From positions 1,488,001 through 1,552,000 of the forward strand of contig UYFQ01000001.1 in NCBI GenBank assembly GCA_900617105.1: a stretch of 64,000 nt of DNA, read 5' to 3'. The DNA is from Hydrurus foetidus (Eukaryota). Made by a program: the position numbers and the translations under genes. The notes below the pieces were generated by a model. The model saw nothing but the letters and a program-made list of their open reading frames with translations. It was not told the origin of the DNA and did no database searches. Position 1 is the stretch's first letter; each line of letters begins with the position of its first letter. Positions 1 through 9,303 of the stretch are shown here, piece by piece.

Positions 1-134
1 CCCAGCGCCATGGCGTAAGCCAGCAGGGTGTCGTCAATCGCGCTCGGAGCCGGGGCCGATTTTGGGACAGACTTCGCCGAAGGCTTTGATGCAGACTTTG
101 GGGTCGCCTTGATTGTTTTTGCTACTTTCGCCAT
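1..134 (-). CDS. Hypothetical protein, 5' part only (runs off the window); Lys/Ala/Pro-rich N-terminus MAKVAKTIKATPKSASKP...
   Basis: Manually read ATG at 134 with an AGGAG RBS that overlaps the TAG stop of the upstream gene; frame stays open to the window edge. Confidence 0.65.
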   Translation of the reverse strand, partial: MAKVAKTIKATPKSASKPSAKSVPKSAPAPSAIDDTLLAYAMAL

Positions 135-143
135 CGCAGTCTC

Positions 144-1142
144 CTATTGTTTCCCTGCTTTTTTGCTTTTCGCAGTTTTCGATTTGGGCTTTGCCAGTGC
201 TGCCGCCTTGGCTTTGATTGACTCAATGCCTTCGGGCGTCAAGAAAGGCTCGATTCGGCGGTGCCAGCCTCTTTGCGGCCCCACCTCCGCGCGCAGGGCC
301 TCCATGAATGCCTTGTCTTCGTCACTTTCGCCAAACTCGCCGAACTGCTCGCCGCCGTATGTAAAAAAGGGACTGCCGCCTTTGCGCAGGCAAGTGAGGA
401 TATCGTCCAAACCCTGATAACCGCCATTGAAGAACTCAAGGGCAATCAGGTCTCCCTCCCAATTCTTTTGTCCGTCCAACACAGGGTCTTCAGGGCTTGG
501 CATGTCGCCAAGGCGCCCCGCTTTTTTGGCGGCCACAAACATCTTCCAAAGCTCAGCCTCCGTGGCGTCCACTTTGAATTTGAAATCGAATCCCACAACG
601 CGCTTGTCGCCTTTCCATTCGGCGGCGAAATCCATGGAAACAACGGACGGTTTGCCATCCTCGCCGTAGTTGCATCCGGGTTTGCGGATCAAGTCATGTT
701 TTCTTTCGATCAAACGAACAGCCGCCTTGACGGAATTGATGGGGCGGATGGGGCTCCCAAGCCGAACGCTTGAGACTGGATCGGTTTGGCCGCCAAAGTC
801 ATATCCGCGCATCGCCACATAAACGAGAAAGTCCAACGTCCATTTGGGGTTGTCGTCCTTCCGCTCCCCGCGTAGTTTCGTTTTCTTTGGAGAAGTCGCC
901 TCCGCTTGGCTGCTTGAGATATCGGCCGATTGCTCATTGCCGAGCCTTTGCAAGGCAGAAGTCTCAAGCAATTCGATGAGGCTGCGTTTTAACGGCCGGA
1001 GTGTTCCGAACATGAACTTGACTTTTTCTCTCGAGTCCGCATCGTAGGCGACGAAATCGTTACGCGCCATGCGGCACCATGACTCCACGCTTTCCACCAT
1101 TTCCAAAAATTCAGCGTCCGTTTCAGCTTCTCTAATGCTCAC
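144..1142 (-). CDS. Hypothetical protein (332 aa) with Lys-rich C-terminal tail
   Basis: Long ORF, GTG start with AGGGAG RBS; no family recognised. Confidence 0.75.
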   Translation of the reverse strand: MSIREAETDAEFLEMVESVESWCRMARNDFVAYDADSREKVKFMFGTLRPLKRSLIELLETSALQRLGNEQSADISSSQAEATSPKKTKLRGERKDDNPKWTLDFLVYVAMRGYDFGGQTDPVSSVRLGSPIRPINSVKAAVRLIERKHDLIRKPGCNYGEDGKPSVVSMDFAAEWKGDKRVVGFDFKFKVDATEAELWKMFVAAKKAGRLGDMPSPEDPVLDGQKNWEGDLIALEFFNGGYQGLDDILTCLRKGGSPFFTYGGEQFGEFGESDEDKAFMEALRAEVGPQRGWHRRIEPFLTPEGIESIKAKAAALAKPKSKTAKSKKAGKQ

Positions 1143-1173
1143 ATCTATCTCCCTAGGTTAGTTTTGTTTATCA

Positions 1174-1968
1174 TCAAAGCGGCCCATGAGGCTCCGGGCC
1201 TACGAATCCCGGAGGCAGGTCCGAAAAGGCGGCCTGCTCTTCGCGCGCAAGCAAATATGAGGCAATGCAATCCGGCACCGCATCAAGCTGTGCCGGATCG
1301 GCGCCAGCTTCGATTAGAGCAATGGCAATTTCGCGGAAACCGTCCTCGTCCAGGCCACCTTCCGAATACGATTCCCCAGCCCTAAACAAAGGGGTTTGTC
1401 CTTTGCAGGCAACCCCGTAGGCCTCGGAGTTGGGATCGACGCCTCGCGCTAGCAGTTCTTTGATGATTGCCGGAGAGTCATAGGCCAAATACCAAATCAG
1501 CGGACCACTGATGCACCGCAGGTTGGGGTCCATGCCGGCGTCAAGCATTGCAAGAACGGCTTCATCGTAGCCGTTGCTGTTGGCATATTCCGCTGGGGTC
1601 AACGCATCCTTGTCGTAAAGACTCGGGTTCGCCCCCGCCTTGATCAGAAAGCGCGCCATCGCCCAATCGTCGCCCTCAGGGCCTTCACTTTCGACCGACC
1701 GAGCCAAGGCCGTGCAGTCGTAGTCGCCCTGATAGTCAATTTCAGCTCCCACCTTGATCAGAGCTTTGGCGATGGACAATGCATTGTTGCCCTTGAATCT
1801 CGCCACGGTTTGAAGTGGTCGGTCGCAGTCCTGGGTGATATCCCAAACATCAGGATCAACACCATAGGAAAGCAGCGATTGCACACGGGAGACATTCAAT
1901 GCGCTCACGGCAACATGCATCTGTGCAGCCAGATCGTCCATTTCGTCGTCTGTGAATGCCTTCCCCAT
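1174..1968 (-). CDS. Ankyrin-repeat protein (264 aa)
   Basis: Repeated LL/LIxxGAD/NPN and TPL/TAL ankyrin motifs (LIKVGAEID, LIKAGANPS, LLARGVDPN, GQTPLF, LIEAGADP); AAGGA RBS. Confidence 0.85.
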   Translation of the reverse strand: MGKAFTDDEMDDLAAQMHVAVSALNVSRVQSLLSYGVDPDVWDITQDCDRPLQTVARFKGNNALSIAKALIKVGAEIDYQGDYDCTALARSVESEGPEGDDWAMARFLIKAGANPSLYDKDALTPAEYANSNGYDEAVLAMLDAGMDPNLRCISGPLIWYLAYDSPAIIKELLARGVDPNSEAYGVACKGQTPLFRAGESYSEGGLDEDGFREIAIALIEAGADPAQLDAVPDCIASYLLAREEQAAFSDLPPGFVGPEPHGPL

Positions 1969-1978
1969 AACCGTCCTT

Positions 1979-2005
1979 AAAAAATTAATGCGGCGAATGC
2001 CGCAT
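1979..2005 (-). terminator. Possible intrinsic terminator between the integrase and ankyrin genes
   Basis: ATGCGGC-ATTC-GCCGCAT hairpin followed by TAATTTTTT on the minus strand. Confidence 0.5.
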
Positions 2006-2024
2006 ATTCATCATATTGCCATGG

Positions 2025-3719
2025 TCAAGCCTGTTTCGGCAAACCGGCGGCCTTAAACGCCGCCATATCTGCCTCAACTTTGGCTGCTTTGGCGGCCTTC
2101 GCGGGCCTGCCCGTCCGGGGCTTCGGTGGACGACATACGTGGCGTGGCGGAGCTGGAATAAGCTTCCATCCCGGCGGCACCAAGCCGTTGTAGGCGTTGG
2201 GGGCTTTAAGCAAGATGGATTGCTCGATCTTGCTCATCCAGTCGCGCAGCAACGCCCACTCGGCTTGCGTGTAAAGGTCGGTCACCTTGGATTTGGCATG
2301 ATTCAAGAAACGCGACTTGATCGTTTCGGGCACCTCGAGATCCGTCATCACCGCGCCAAACGAACGGCGGATATCGTGGCGATTAAGCCGTTCCACATTG
2401 ATCTCTTCGCGCAAGTCGTCAAGCAAGTCGGTCGCGTCGGAGTAATGACCAGACCTCGACAATGGGCTGCGGGCGGGGAAAACAAACTGGCGTGACTTGG
2501 CGCCAAATCCGCGCCTCACGGCCTCTTCGGCCGCGAGAACTTGTCGTTTTTTCAGAAGCTCGAGGGCAAAGGGCGTGATCGGCAGACGGTGGCTGCGCCC
2601 GTTCTTTGTCTTGTAAAAGAAGACATACGGCCCCCAGTCGGGATCGTCTTTCAAACATACATGGCTTGTGGTGCGCCGCCCTTTTCCCGGAGGCCCGATC
2701 TCTTCGAGCAACTCGCCCCAAACAAGTCCGGCATGCTCGCTCTTTCGGCATCCCCAAAGCAGCATGAGCATCAGATAGTCGATGCCCGTCCGGTTGTCAT
2801 TGATATCCTTTTTGGACCATGCGGCCTCGACGAACCGCCCAAGGTCTTGACTAGGGCGCAGCGGATTGCGCTTGCCTTTCTCTTCTCGTTCCTCGTCGAT
2901 CATTTCCTGGTTGCGATAGAAGTTATTCACCGCCAGCGTCTTGAAAGGGTTTGCTTTCAAACGGGGTTCTCGCTGCTCGATGTCCGCCTTCATCGTTTCG
3001 TTCTCGATGATCCACTGAACCGCGCGATGAGGCCAGCGGAAGGCCTGCTCGGTCGCCGTGGGAGTGATCTTGTTCGTATCGGTGAACTTCTTGATGATCT
3101 CGTCTGTCGTGATTTCACGCACCTTTTTTTCGCTCCACCTCCATTCGACATGCTTTCGCGCCACTCGATCGAATACGCGCAGCGTTTCGGGTTTGGCTGG
3201 GCGCACGGTTCGAGAAGTCAAATGATCTCGGTAGGCCGCCATGGCCTGTCCAAGCGTGTATTCGGCGGCATCCCTCTCTCTCGCTGCGGCATTGGGGTTG
3301 CGCCCCATGATCTCCATGTTGCGGGCGATTTCGCGGGCTCGCGAGCGGGCTTGCGGCAAATCGTCGAAATCCACAGCATTGCCCACCTTGGACATGATGG
3401 ATTTCCCCATGACCTTTCGCCTCAATATGTAGGTCTTCTTGCCCGCCACTTTGACGCCAAAACCGGGCGGAGCATCCCTGTTCGTGTCCCAAATGTAGTA
3501 GTGTGATGGTTGTGGCTCAACCGGCTCTTCGGCAAATAGAAGCTTCCCCGCCTCGCTGTATTTCAGAGGCGGCAAGTTAATCCGCAAACCCTTGACAATC
3601 TTGTCCGTGAGGTCGAGCTTCCAAGGCGGATTGATTTTGGCTTTTTGGCCGGATTTCGGATCGAATTCCTGGTCGGCAGTTGAATCCACCTCGGTATCGT
3701 TGTTTTTAAGTGATGCCAT
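2025..3719 (-). CDS. Tyrosine recombinase/integrase with N-terminal arm-DNA-binding domain (564 aa)
   Basis: Catalytic set R (GCRKSE), K (KTKNG), HxxR (HDIRR), H (LNH), Y (DLY); arm-domain-like WD...PGFGVKV...KTY. Confidence 0.92.
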   Translation of the reverse strand: MASLKNNDTEVDSTADQEFDPKSGQKAKINPPWKLDLTDKIVKGLRINLPPLKYSEAGKLLFAEEPVEPQPSHYYIWDTNRDAPPGFGVKVAGKKTYILRRKVMGKSIMSKVGNAVDFDDLPQARSRAREIARNMEIMGRNPNAAARERDAAEYTLGQAMAAYRDHLTSRTVRPAKPETLRVFDRVARKHVEWRWSEKKVREITTDEIIKKFTDTNKITPTATEQAFRWPHRAVQWIIENETMKADIEQREPRLKANPFKTLAVNNFYRNQEMIDEEREEKGKRNPLRPSQDLGRFVEAAWSKKDINDNRTGIDYLMLMLLWGCRKSEHAGLVWGELLEEIGPPGKGRRTTSHVCLKDDPDWGPYVFFYKTKNGRSHRLPITPFALELLKKRQVLAAEEAVRRGFGAKSRQFVFPARSPLSRSGHYSDATDLLDDLREEINVERLNRHDIRRSFGAVMTDLEVPETIKSRFLNHAKSKVTDLYTQAEWALLRDWMSKIEQSILLKAPNAYNGLVPPGWKLIPAPPRHVCRPPKPRTGRPAKAAKAAKVEADMAAFKAAGLPKQA

Positions 3720-3748
3720 GGGTTCTCCAAAACATAGTTAACGGTCGC

Positions 3749-3874
3749 AAGGGGACCAGACACAACTCGTAAGTCCTTGTCGCCATTCACATTTTTGTGA
3801 CAAAAGGAGCTAGGGGGACTATAATTCAAGTGTAGCACAAGAGAGCCAAGTTAGTCCCCTTTTAGTCCCCCTAG
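3749..3874. repeat. Putative integrase arm-type sites (TAGTCCCC motif, 4 copies)
   Basis: CTAGGGGGACTA at 3810-3821 is a perfect inverted copy of TAGTCCCCCTAG at 3863-3874; tandem TTAGTCCCC at 3851 and 3862; degenerate AAGGGGACCA at 3749. Confidence 0.65.
3797..3825 (+). promoter_or_regulatory. Sigma70-like promoter facing mutS, carried on the element side
   Basis: GTGACA (3797-3802), 17-bp spacer, TATAAT (3820-3825). Confidence 0.6.
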
Positions 3875-3954
3875 AGCATGTAGGAAGTTGACGGAACAGT
3901 GAGACGAAGAACGGCACAAAGAAGCCAAAAAGAATGAAAGATCGTTGATTTATA

Positions 3955-6594
3955 ATGGAAAATTCAAAAAACGAATCCGCAAAGAAAGAGCTTGCCGCGC
4001 TTGAAAAACACACCCCCATGATGGCCCAGTACTTCGCCATCAAAGCCGACTTCCCCAGCACACTCGTTTTCTACCGCATGGGCGATTTTTACGAGTTGTT
4101 TTATGCCGATGCTGAAAAAGCCTCTTCGCTCTTGGGCATCACGCTGACCCAGCGGGGCGCGTCAGCGGGCATTCCTGTGGTGATGGCGGGGGTGCCGTTT
4201 CATGCGATGGAAGGCTATGCGGCCAAGCTGATCGCGCACGGCGAGTCGGTGGCGATTGCGGAGCAAGTGGGCGATGTCGCTACCAGCAAAGGCCCGGTGG
4301 AGCGCAAAGTGGTGCGGGTGTTGACGCCCGGCACCGTGACCGATGACGCGCTGCTGTCGGACAAGACCGAATCGGTGCTGCTGGCTGTTCACGAGGGGCC
4401 ACGCCAGACCCTTGGCCTCGCGTGGCTCAGCATCACCCAAGGGGCGCTTAATTTGGCCGAGTGCCATGCCGATGCGCTGGGTGAGTGGCTGACCCGCATC
4501 AGCCCCAGCGAATGGCTCATCAACGCCACCGCCAGCACTTCTTTTGAAAAACGCTGCGAAGCGCTGCAAGCCCAGTCCCTCACGGGCCGCGCCTGCGTGC
4601 TCACCCGCCGCCCCGAGTGGCAGTTTGAATCGGCCTTGGGAGCCCAAAAACTGCTGACCCAGCTTCAGGCCGCCAGCCTGTCGGCCTGGGGCGCAGAAGC
4701 GCTGGCCCAGGCGCACGCGGCGGCTTCGGCACTGCTGGCTTACGCTGAACACACCCAAGGCCGGGCGCTGACCCATGTGCAATCGCTCAGTGTGCAGCGC
4801 AGCGATGCCCTGCTTGACATGCCACTGACCACCCAGCGCAACCTGGAACTGGTGCAGACCTTGAGAGGCGAAAGCGCCCCCACGCTGTTTTCGTTGCTCG
4901 ACAGCTGCATCACCGGCATGGGCAGCCGTTTGCTCAAAAGCTGGCTGCTGTCCCCTCCCCGCGCACGGCATGAGACCACCCGCAGGCTGGACGCCATCAC
5001 CGCACTGCGCACGGGCACCTTCAACCGTGTGCGCGAACAGCTCAAAGGCAGCAGCGATGTGGAACGCATCAGCGCCCGCATCGCTCTGCGGCAAGTGCGC
5101 CCGCGCGAGCTGGTGGGCTTGCTGCAAACGCTATCAAAAACAGAGCTACTTACGCTTGCCAGTTGTGCTGAAACTGCTTATTTAACAGATCTTTCGGTGG
5201 ATTTAACCCCGCCCGCCGGTTGTGCAGCATTGCTGGCTCAGTCCATCTTGCCCGAGCCTGCCGCGCTGATCCGCGACGGTGGCGTGATCGCCCACGGGCT
5301 GGACGCGCAACTCGACGAGCTGCGCGCCATCCAGGACAACTGCGACAGTTTTTTGCTCGACATGGAAATCGCTGAAAAAGCCCGCACCGGCATCGCCAAC
5401 CTCAAGGTGCAGTTCAACAAAGTCCACGGCTTCTACATCGAAATCACCCAAGGCCAGCTCGACAAAGTACCCGACAACTACCGCCGCCGCCAGACCCTCA
5501 AAAATGCCGAGCGCTTCATCACCCCTGAACTCAAAGCCTTTGAGGACAAAGCCCTGAGCGCCCAAGAACGCGCCCTTGCCCGCGAAAAATGGTTGTTTGA
5601 AAACCTGCTCGACCAGCTGCAAGCCCATGTGCCCGCGTTGATGCGCCTCGCCCGCGCCATTGCAGCACTCGATGCCTTGGCCGCACTGGCAGAGCGCTCG
5701 CTCACCCTGAACTGGTGCGCCCCCGAATTCGCCCGAGAGCCGTGCATTGAGATTCGTGGCGGGCGGCACCCCGTTGTAGAAGCACGGTTGGCCGAAACCA
5801 AAGGCGCAAGCTTCATCGCCAACGACACCGTGCTGAGCGCAAAACAGCGCATGCAGGTCATCACCGGCCCCAACATGGGCGGCAAATCGACCTACATGCG
5901 GCAGGTGGCGGTGATCGTTTTGCTCGCCAGCGTGGGCAGTTACGTGCCGGCCCAAAGCTTGCGACTTGGCCCCATCGACGCGATCCACACCCGCATTGGC
6001 GCGGCGGACGACTTGGCCAACGCGCAGTCCACGTTCATGGTGGAAATGACCGAAGCCGCACAAATCCTGCGCAACGCTACCCCGCACAGCCTGGTGTTGA
6101 TGGACGAAATCGGGCGTGGCACCTCCACCTTCGACGGCCTGGCCCTCGCCGCTGGTATTGCCGCGCATTTGCACGACAAAACCCAGGCCTTCACGCTGTT
6201 CGCTACCCACTATTTCGAGTTGACCGAATTTGCAGCCAGCCACCACGGCGCACTGAACCTGCACGTGAGTGCAGTGGAATCCGGCGCTGACATCGTCTTT
6301 TTGCACCACATCGAACCCGGCCCGGCCAGCAAAAGCTACGGCGTGCAGGTCGCCAAACTGGCCGGCATGCCCGCCGGTGTGCTCAACCACGCCCGCGCCA
6401 AACTGGCAGCGCTGGAGGCTCAACAGAGTGATTCGCAGCGGCAAGTGGACTTGTTTGCTGCGCCGGTTGCTATTGAAACCGTAGCTGCCAGCGCCGTGGA
6501 TATGGCGCTTGAGGGCATCAATCCGGATGAACTGAGCCCCAGGGAGGCGCTGGAGGCGCTTTACCGGTTGAAGAAGCTGCAAACAAGTCATTGA
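3955..6594 (+). CDS. mutS: DNA mismatch repair protein MutS
   Basis: [15 protein letters not shown], Walker [24 protein letters not shown] motifs. Confidence 0.98.
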   Translation: MENSKNESAKKELAALEKHTPMMAQYFAIKADFPSTLVFYRMGDFYELFYADAEKASSLLGITLTQRGASAGIPVVMAGVPFHAMEGYAAKLIAHGESVAIAEQVGDVATSKGPVERKVVRVLTPGTVTDDALLSDKTESVLLAVHEGPRQTLGLAWLSITQGALNLAECHADALGEWLTRISPSEWLINATASTSFEKRCEALQAQSLTGRACVLTRRPEWQFESALGAQKLLTQLQAASLSAWGAEALAQAHAAASALLAYAEHTQGRALTHVQSLSVQRSDALLDMPLTTQRNLELVQTLRGESAPTLFSLLDSCITGMGSRLLKSWLLSPPRARHETTRRLDAITALRTGTFNRVREQLKGSSDVERISARIALRQVRPRELVGLLQTLSKTELLTLASCAETAYLTDLSVDLTPPAGCAALLAQSILPEPAALIRDGGVIAHGLDAQLDELRAIQDNCDSFLLDMEIAEKARTGIANLKVQFNKVHGFYIEITQGQLDKVPDNYRRRQTLKNAERFITPELKAFEDKALSAQERALAREKWLFENLLDQLQAHVPALMRLARAIAALDALAALAERSLTLNWCAPEFAREPCIEIRGGRHPVVEARLAETKGASFIANDTVLSAKQRMQVITGPNMGGKSTYMRQVAVIVLLASVGSYVPAQSLRLGPIDAIHTRIGAADDLANAQSTFMVEMTEAAQILRNATPHSLVLMDEIGRGTSTFDGLALAAGIAAHLHDKTQAFTLFATHYFELTEFAASHHGALNLHVSAVESGADIVFLHHIEPGPASKSYGVQVAKLAGMPAGVLNHARAKLAALEAQQSDSQRQVDLFAAPVAIETVAASAVDMALEGINPDELSPREALEALYRLKKLQTSH
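5130..5183 (-). repeat. Dispersed ~55-bp palindromic repeat, in frame inside mutS
   Basis: GCTAT-CAAAAACAG-AGCTA-CTT-ACGC..., matching the intergenic copies at 30075, 57620 and 62243. Confidence 0.6.
6469..6516 (-). repeat. Dispersed ~55-bp repeat, in frame in the mutS C-terminal linker
   Basis: GCTAT-TGAAACCGT-AGCTG-CCA-GCGC-N10-GCGCTT-GAGGGC. Confidence 0.65.
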
Positions 6595-6663
6595 ACAACC
6601 ACCGTAGCCGATGCGGTACCGCAAGCCAAGCGCTTGCGGCGGACTTGCATATCCTCAAATACC

Positions 6664-8904
6664 TCAAAACTTGTAAACCCCACTCACGCCCACCAGCCAA
6701 GTCCGCCCCATCGCTGGTTCAAAAAACTGCTTGCTGGCTTGGTTGACGATCACCGAGCTGACGTAGTTTTTATCACCCAGATTGTCGATGCGCGCAAACT
6801 CCCGCACCGTCCAGTTTCCGAGCTTTTGCTTGAACGTGACACGCGCTGCCACCACGCCATAACCAGGTGCGAACTGCGTGTTCAGGTCATCAGCCACCAC
6901 ACGGCCATTGGCACGCCATTCCACGCCGGCCTCGATACCGCCATCCGCCTGCCGCCATGTCACATCAGCAAACAGGCTTTGCTTGGGAATGCCGGGCAGC
7001 TGCTGGCCCGCAGCCACAGTTTGCGGCTGGTTGGCGGCCAGCGGTGCACCGGGGGTGCAAGTGGCGATGTAGCAGGACAAAAAGGCGTCGTTGTAGGTGG
7101 CGTTCAGGTAGGTGTAGGCCAGCTGCGTCGTCCAGCCTTTGGCGATGGTATTGGCGTAGCTCAACTCCACGCCGCGCCGGGTGGTGCGGCCCACGTTTTG
7201 GAAGCGCGAACGGCCACTGGCGTTGCTGAGCACGGCGATTTCGTCGTCAGTGGCGGCCTGGAACAGCGCGACATGCCAGCGCCGACCGGTGGGGGTTTGG
7301 GATTTCAGGCCCAGCTCGTATTGCTGGCTGCGCGAGGCTTTGAGCGTGGTGTTCAGCCCGGTGGCGGCAGCGTTGGGGTTGTAGGCCACCTCGTTCAAGG
7401 TGGGCGCATCAAAGCCTTTACCTGCTGAGGCGTAAGCGTTCAAGGTATCGCTCAGGTTGTAGATCAGGCCCACCATGGGCGTGGTGCCACCATAGCTGGT
7501 GCTGCCGCTGTCGTCGGGGTTGCCGGTGGTGATGTAGTGGTCGTCCGAATTCAGCCGGATGCGTGAATGCCGCAGCCCAGCGTGCAGACCCAGCGAGGGC
7601 AGTGGCCACCATTGGGCTTGCAGGTACTGGTCGGCAGAATTGAGCTTGTTGGTTTCGTTGCGGCGCAGCACGCCTTGCACGCCACAGGTGTAGAGGCGTG
7701 AGCTGCCGTTGATGCACAGCAGATCAGGGTTCACGCTGGTGCTGTTAATGAAGTTGGTGTAACCACCCCGCTGCTCTGTCATTTGCTCGAAGCCCAGGCC
7801 CACGTTGAACATCAGCGGGCCGTTGACGAGGTTGCGCCGCCATGTCCAGCGCATGTCGGCACCGCTGTAGTCGCGGTCGAAATCGACCACGCCACCGGCA
7901 GAGCTGGCAACGGTTTGCGCCCCAATCGCAGTGGACTGGTACTGCGTCACGCCCCGGCTGCCGCCGTACAGCATCAGCTTGAGGGCGTTTTCACTGTCGA
8001 TACGGTGGTTCAGGTCAAGGCCAATTTGGCTCTGCTTGGTGGATTTTCGGGTATTGAAAGTCAATGCAGCGGGCACCGCGTTGCGCGGATTGGCCAGGCC
8101 CGCCAAGTCCAGCCCCTGCGCGTCTTTGGCATCGGGCAAGTCCACGCGGTTCAGCACCAGCACGGCCTGCGTGTCCGCCCCCAGTTTGAAGCCCAGACGG
8201 GCATTCAGATTGTCTTTTTGCGCGGCGCTTTGCTGACGCCAGCCGTCGGTGCTGAAGTGCGAGCCAGAAATCACGTAGTTCAGTACGGGGGTAGAACCAC
8301 TGATTTTTTGTTCCATGCGGTAAGTCTGATTGCTCCCGCCTGACACAGTGGTGGCCCACAGTGTGTCAGGCCCCCCCTCTTCACTGGTGACATTGATAAC
8401 GCCACCTGAGGCGTTGCCGTACAGCGCAGAGAACGGCCCGCGCAGCACTTCCACCTGCCGTGCGGTGGCCAGATCAATGTGCGACACCTGCCCCTGGCCG
8501 TCGGGTGAGTTGCCAGGAATGCCGTCCACCAGAATGCGTATCCCCCGCACGCCAAACGCAGTACGGGCACCAAAGCCCCGGCTGGAGAGTTGCAAATCTT
8601 GCGCATAGTTGTTGCGGTTGTTCGCCACCAGCCCTGGCACGCCACCCAGCAGCTCAGAGAGATTGACATTCCAGCGTGCGCTGTCAGGGTTGGGCGTGAT
8701 GACGTTGACCGAGGCGGGAATCTCAAAGGCGGTGGCCTGGTTGCGCATCACGTTGACGATGACGGACGGCAAGGTAGCGTCAGCAGCCGAGGTAGAGGGT
8801 GTGTTTTGTGACCATGCCGTAGAACAGGCCACCGCCATGATCGACAAAGCGATGCCATGCGTGCAGGGGCGGGTCGTTGTGAATCGGTATTGTTTTGAAC
8901 TCAT
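6664..8904 (-). CDS. TonB-dependent receptor, YncD/PqqU-like
   Basis: Plug motif VNLSE..VPGL..NRNNYAQDLQLSSRGFG.R..FGVRGIR..VDGIP...PDGQGQ resembles E. coli YncD (PqqU); signal peptide; C-terminal Phe. Confidence 0.85.
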   Translation of the reverse strand: MSSKQYRFTTTRPCTHGIALSIMAVACSTAWSQNTPSTSAADATLPSVIVNVMRNQATAFEIPASVNVITPNPDSARWNVNLSELLGGVPGLVANNRNNYAQDLQLSSRGFGARTAFGVRGIRILVDGIPGNSPDGQGQVSHIDLATARQVEVLRGPFSALYGNASGGVINVTSEEGGPDTLWATTVSGGSNQTYRMEQKISGSTPVLNYVISGSHFSTDGWRQQSAAQKDNLNARLGFKLGADTQAVLVLNRVDLPDAKDAQGLDLAGLANPRNAVPAALTFNTRKSTKQSQIGLDLNHRIDSENALKLMLYGGSRGVTQYQSTAIGAQTVASSAGGVVDFDRDYSGADMRWTWRRNLVNGPLMFNVGLGFEQMTEQRGGYTNFINSTSVNPDLLCINGSSRLYTCGVQGVLRRNETNKLNSADQYLQAQWWPLPSLGLHAGLRHSRIRLNSDDHYITTGNPDDSGSTSYGGTTPMVGLIYNLSDTLNAYASAGKGFDAPTLNEVAYNPNAAATGLNTTLKASRSQQYELGLKSQTPTGRRWHVALFQAATDDEIAVLSNASGRSRFQNVGRTTRRGVELSYANTIAKGWTTQLAYTYLNATYNDAFLSCYIATCTPGAPLAANQPQTVAAGQQLPGIPKQSLFADVTWRQADGGIEAGVEWRANGRVVADDLNTQFAPGYGVVAARVTFKQKLGNWTVREFARIDNLGDKNYVSSVIVNQASKQFFEPAMGRTWLVGVSGVYKF

Positions 8905-9182
8905 GCATTGCTCCGATGCTTTTTATGAAGTGAACCATCAAGTGGGTAACCGCTTGGGCAGCAACAAGCATGCCCAAAACCCACTCAATACAACTCCATC
9001 TTCTCAGCCTTCGAGGCCTGCGTCACGCGGCACCTGTAGCACGGGGTTTTGTGCTGATATGGGACAGTTTGAGGCGTTATTGCACCCCATGTGCCCCGGT
9101 ATGCAGCACTTGAAACCAGATTCGTCAGGGTTAGTCAGCAAGCGTCAAGGGCAATTTCCCTGGTTTTAGTGGTTTTTTTGGT

Positions 9183-9197
9183 TGGCACGCGATGTGC
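9183..9197 (+). promoter_or_regulatory. Sigma54 (-24/-12) promoter for the aldehyde dehydrogenase
   Basis: TGGCAC-GCGAT-GTGC, GG-N10-GC spacing, ~105 bp upstream of ATG 9304. Confidence 0.65.
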
Positions 9198-9303
9198 CCT
9201 TACAAGGTTGGCCCGCGACAGGATTGCCCTGTCAGCACACCAAAACCGCAATCTGAACCCTTGCAAGCCCGTCAATACGTTTAACAATTCATCAGGAGCA
9301 ACC

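Larger units (their letters stand above)
1..4032. mobile_element. End of an integrative element (genomic island) inserted in the 5' end of mutS
   Basis: Tyrosine integrase next to mutS; repeated TAGTCCCC motifs in the intergenic region; A-rich non-homologous mutS start before the conserved HTPMM codons; cargo of unknown genes. Confidence 0.75.

Noticed and set aside
3936..3951. IHF site near the putative att (AAAGATCGTTGATTT)
   Set aside because: Only a partial match to the YAANNNNTTGATW consensus; not called
5203..6624. Long antisense ORFs over mutS, aldB, pstB, the ATP-grasp gene and others
   Set aside because: Shadow ORFs expected from high-GC codon bias; no motifs or RBS
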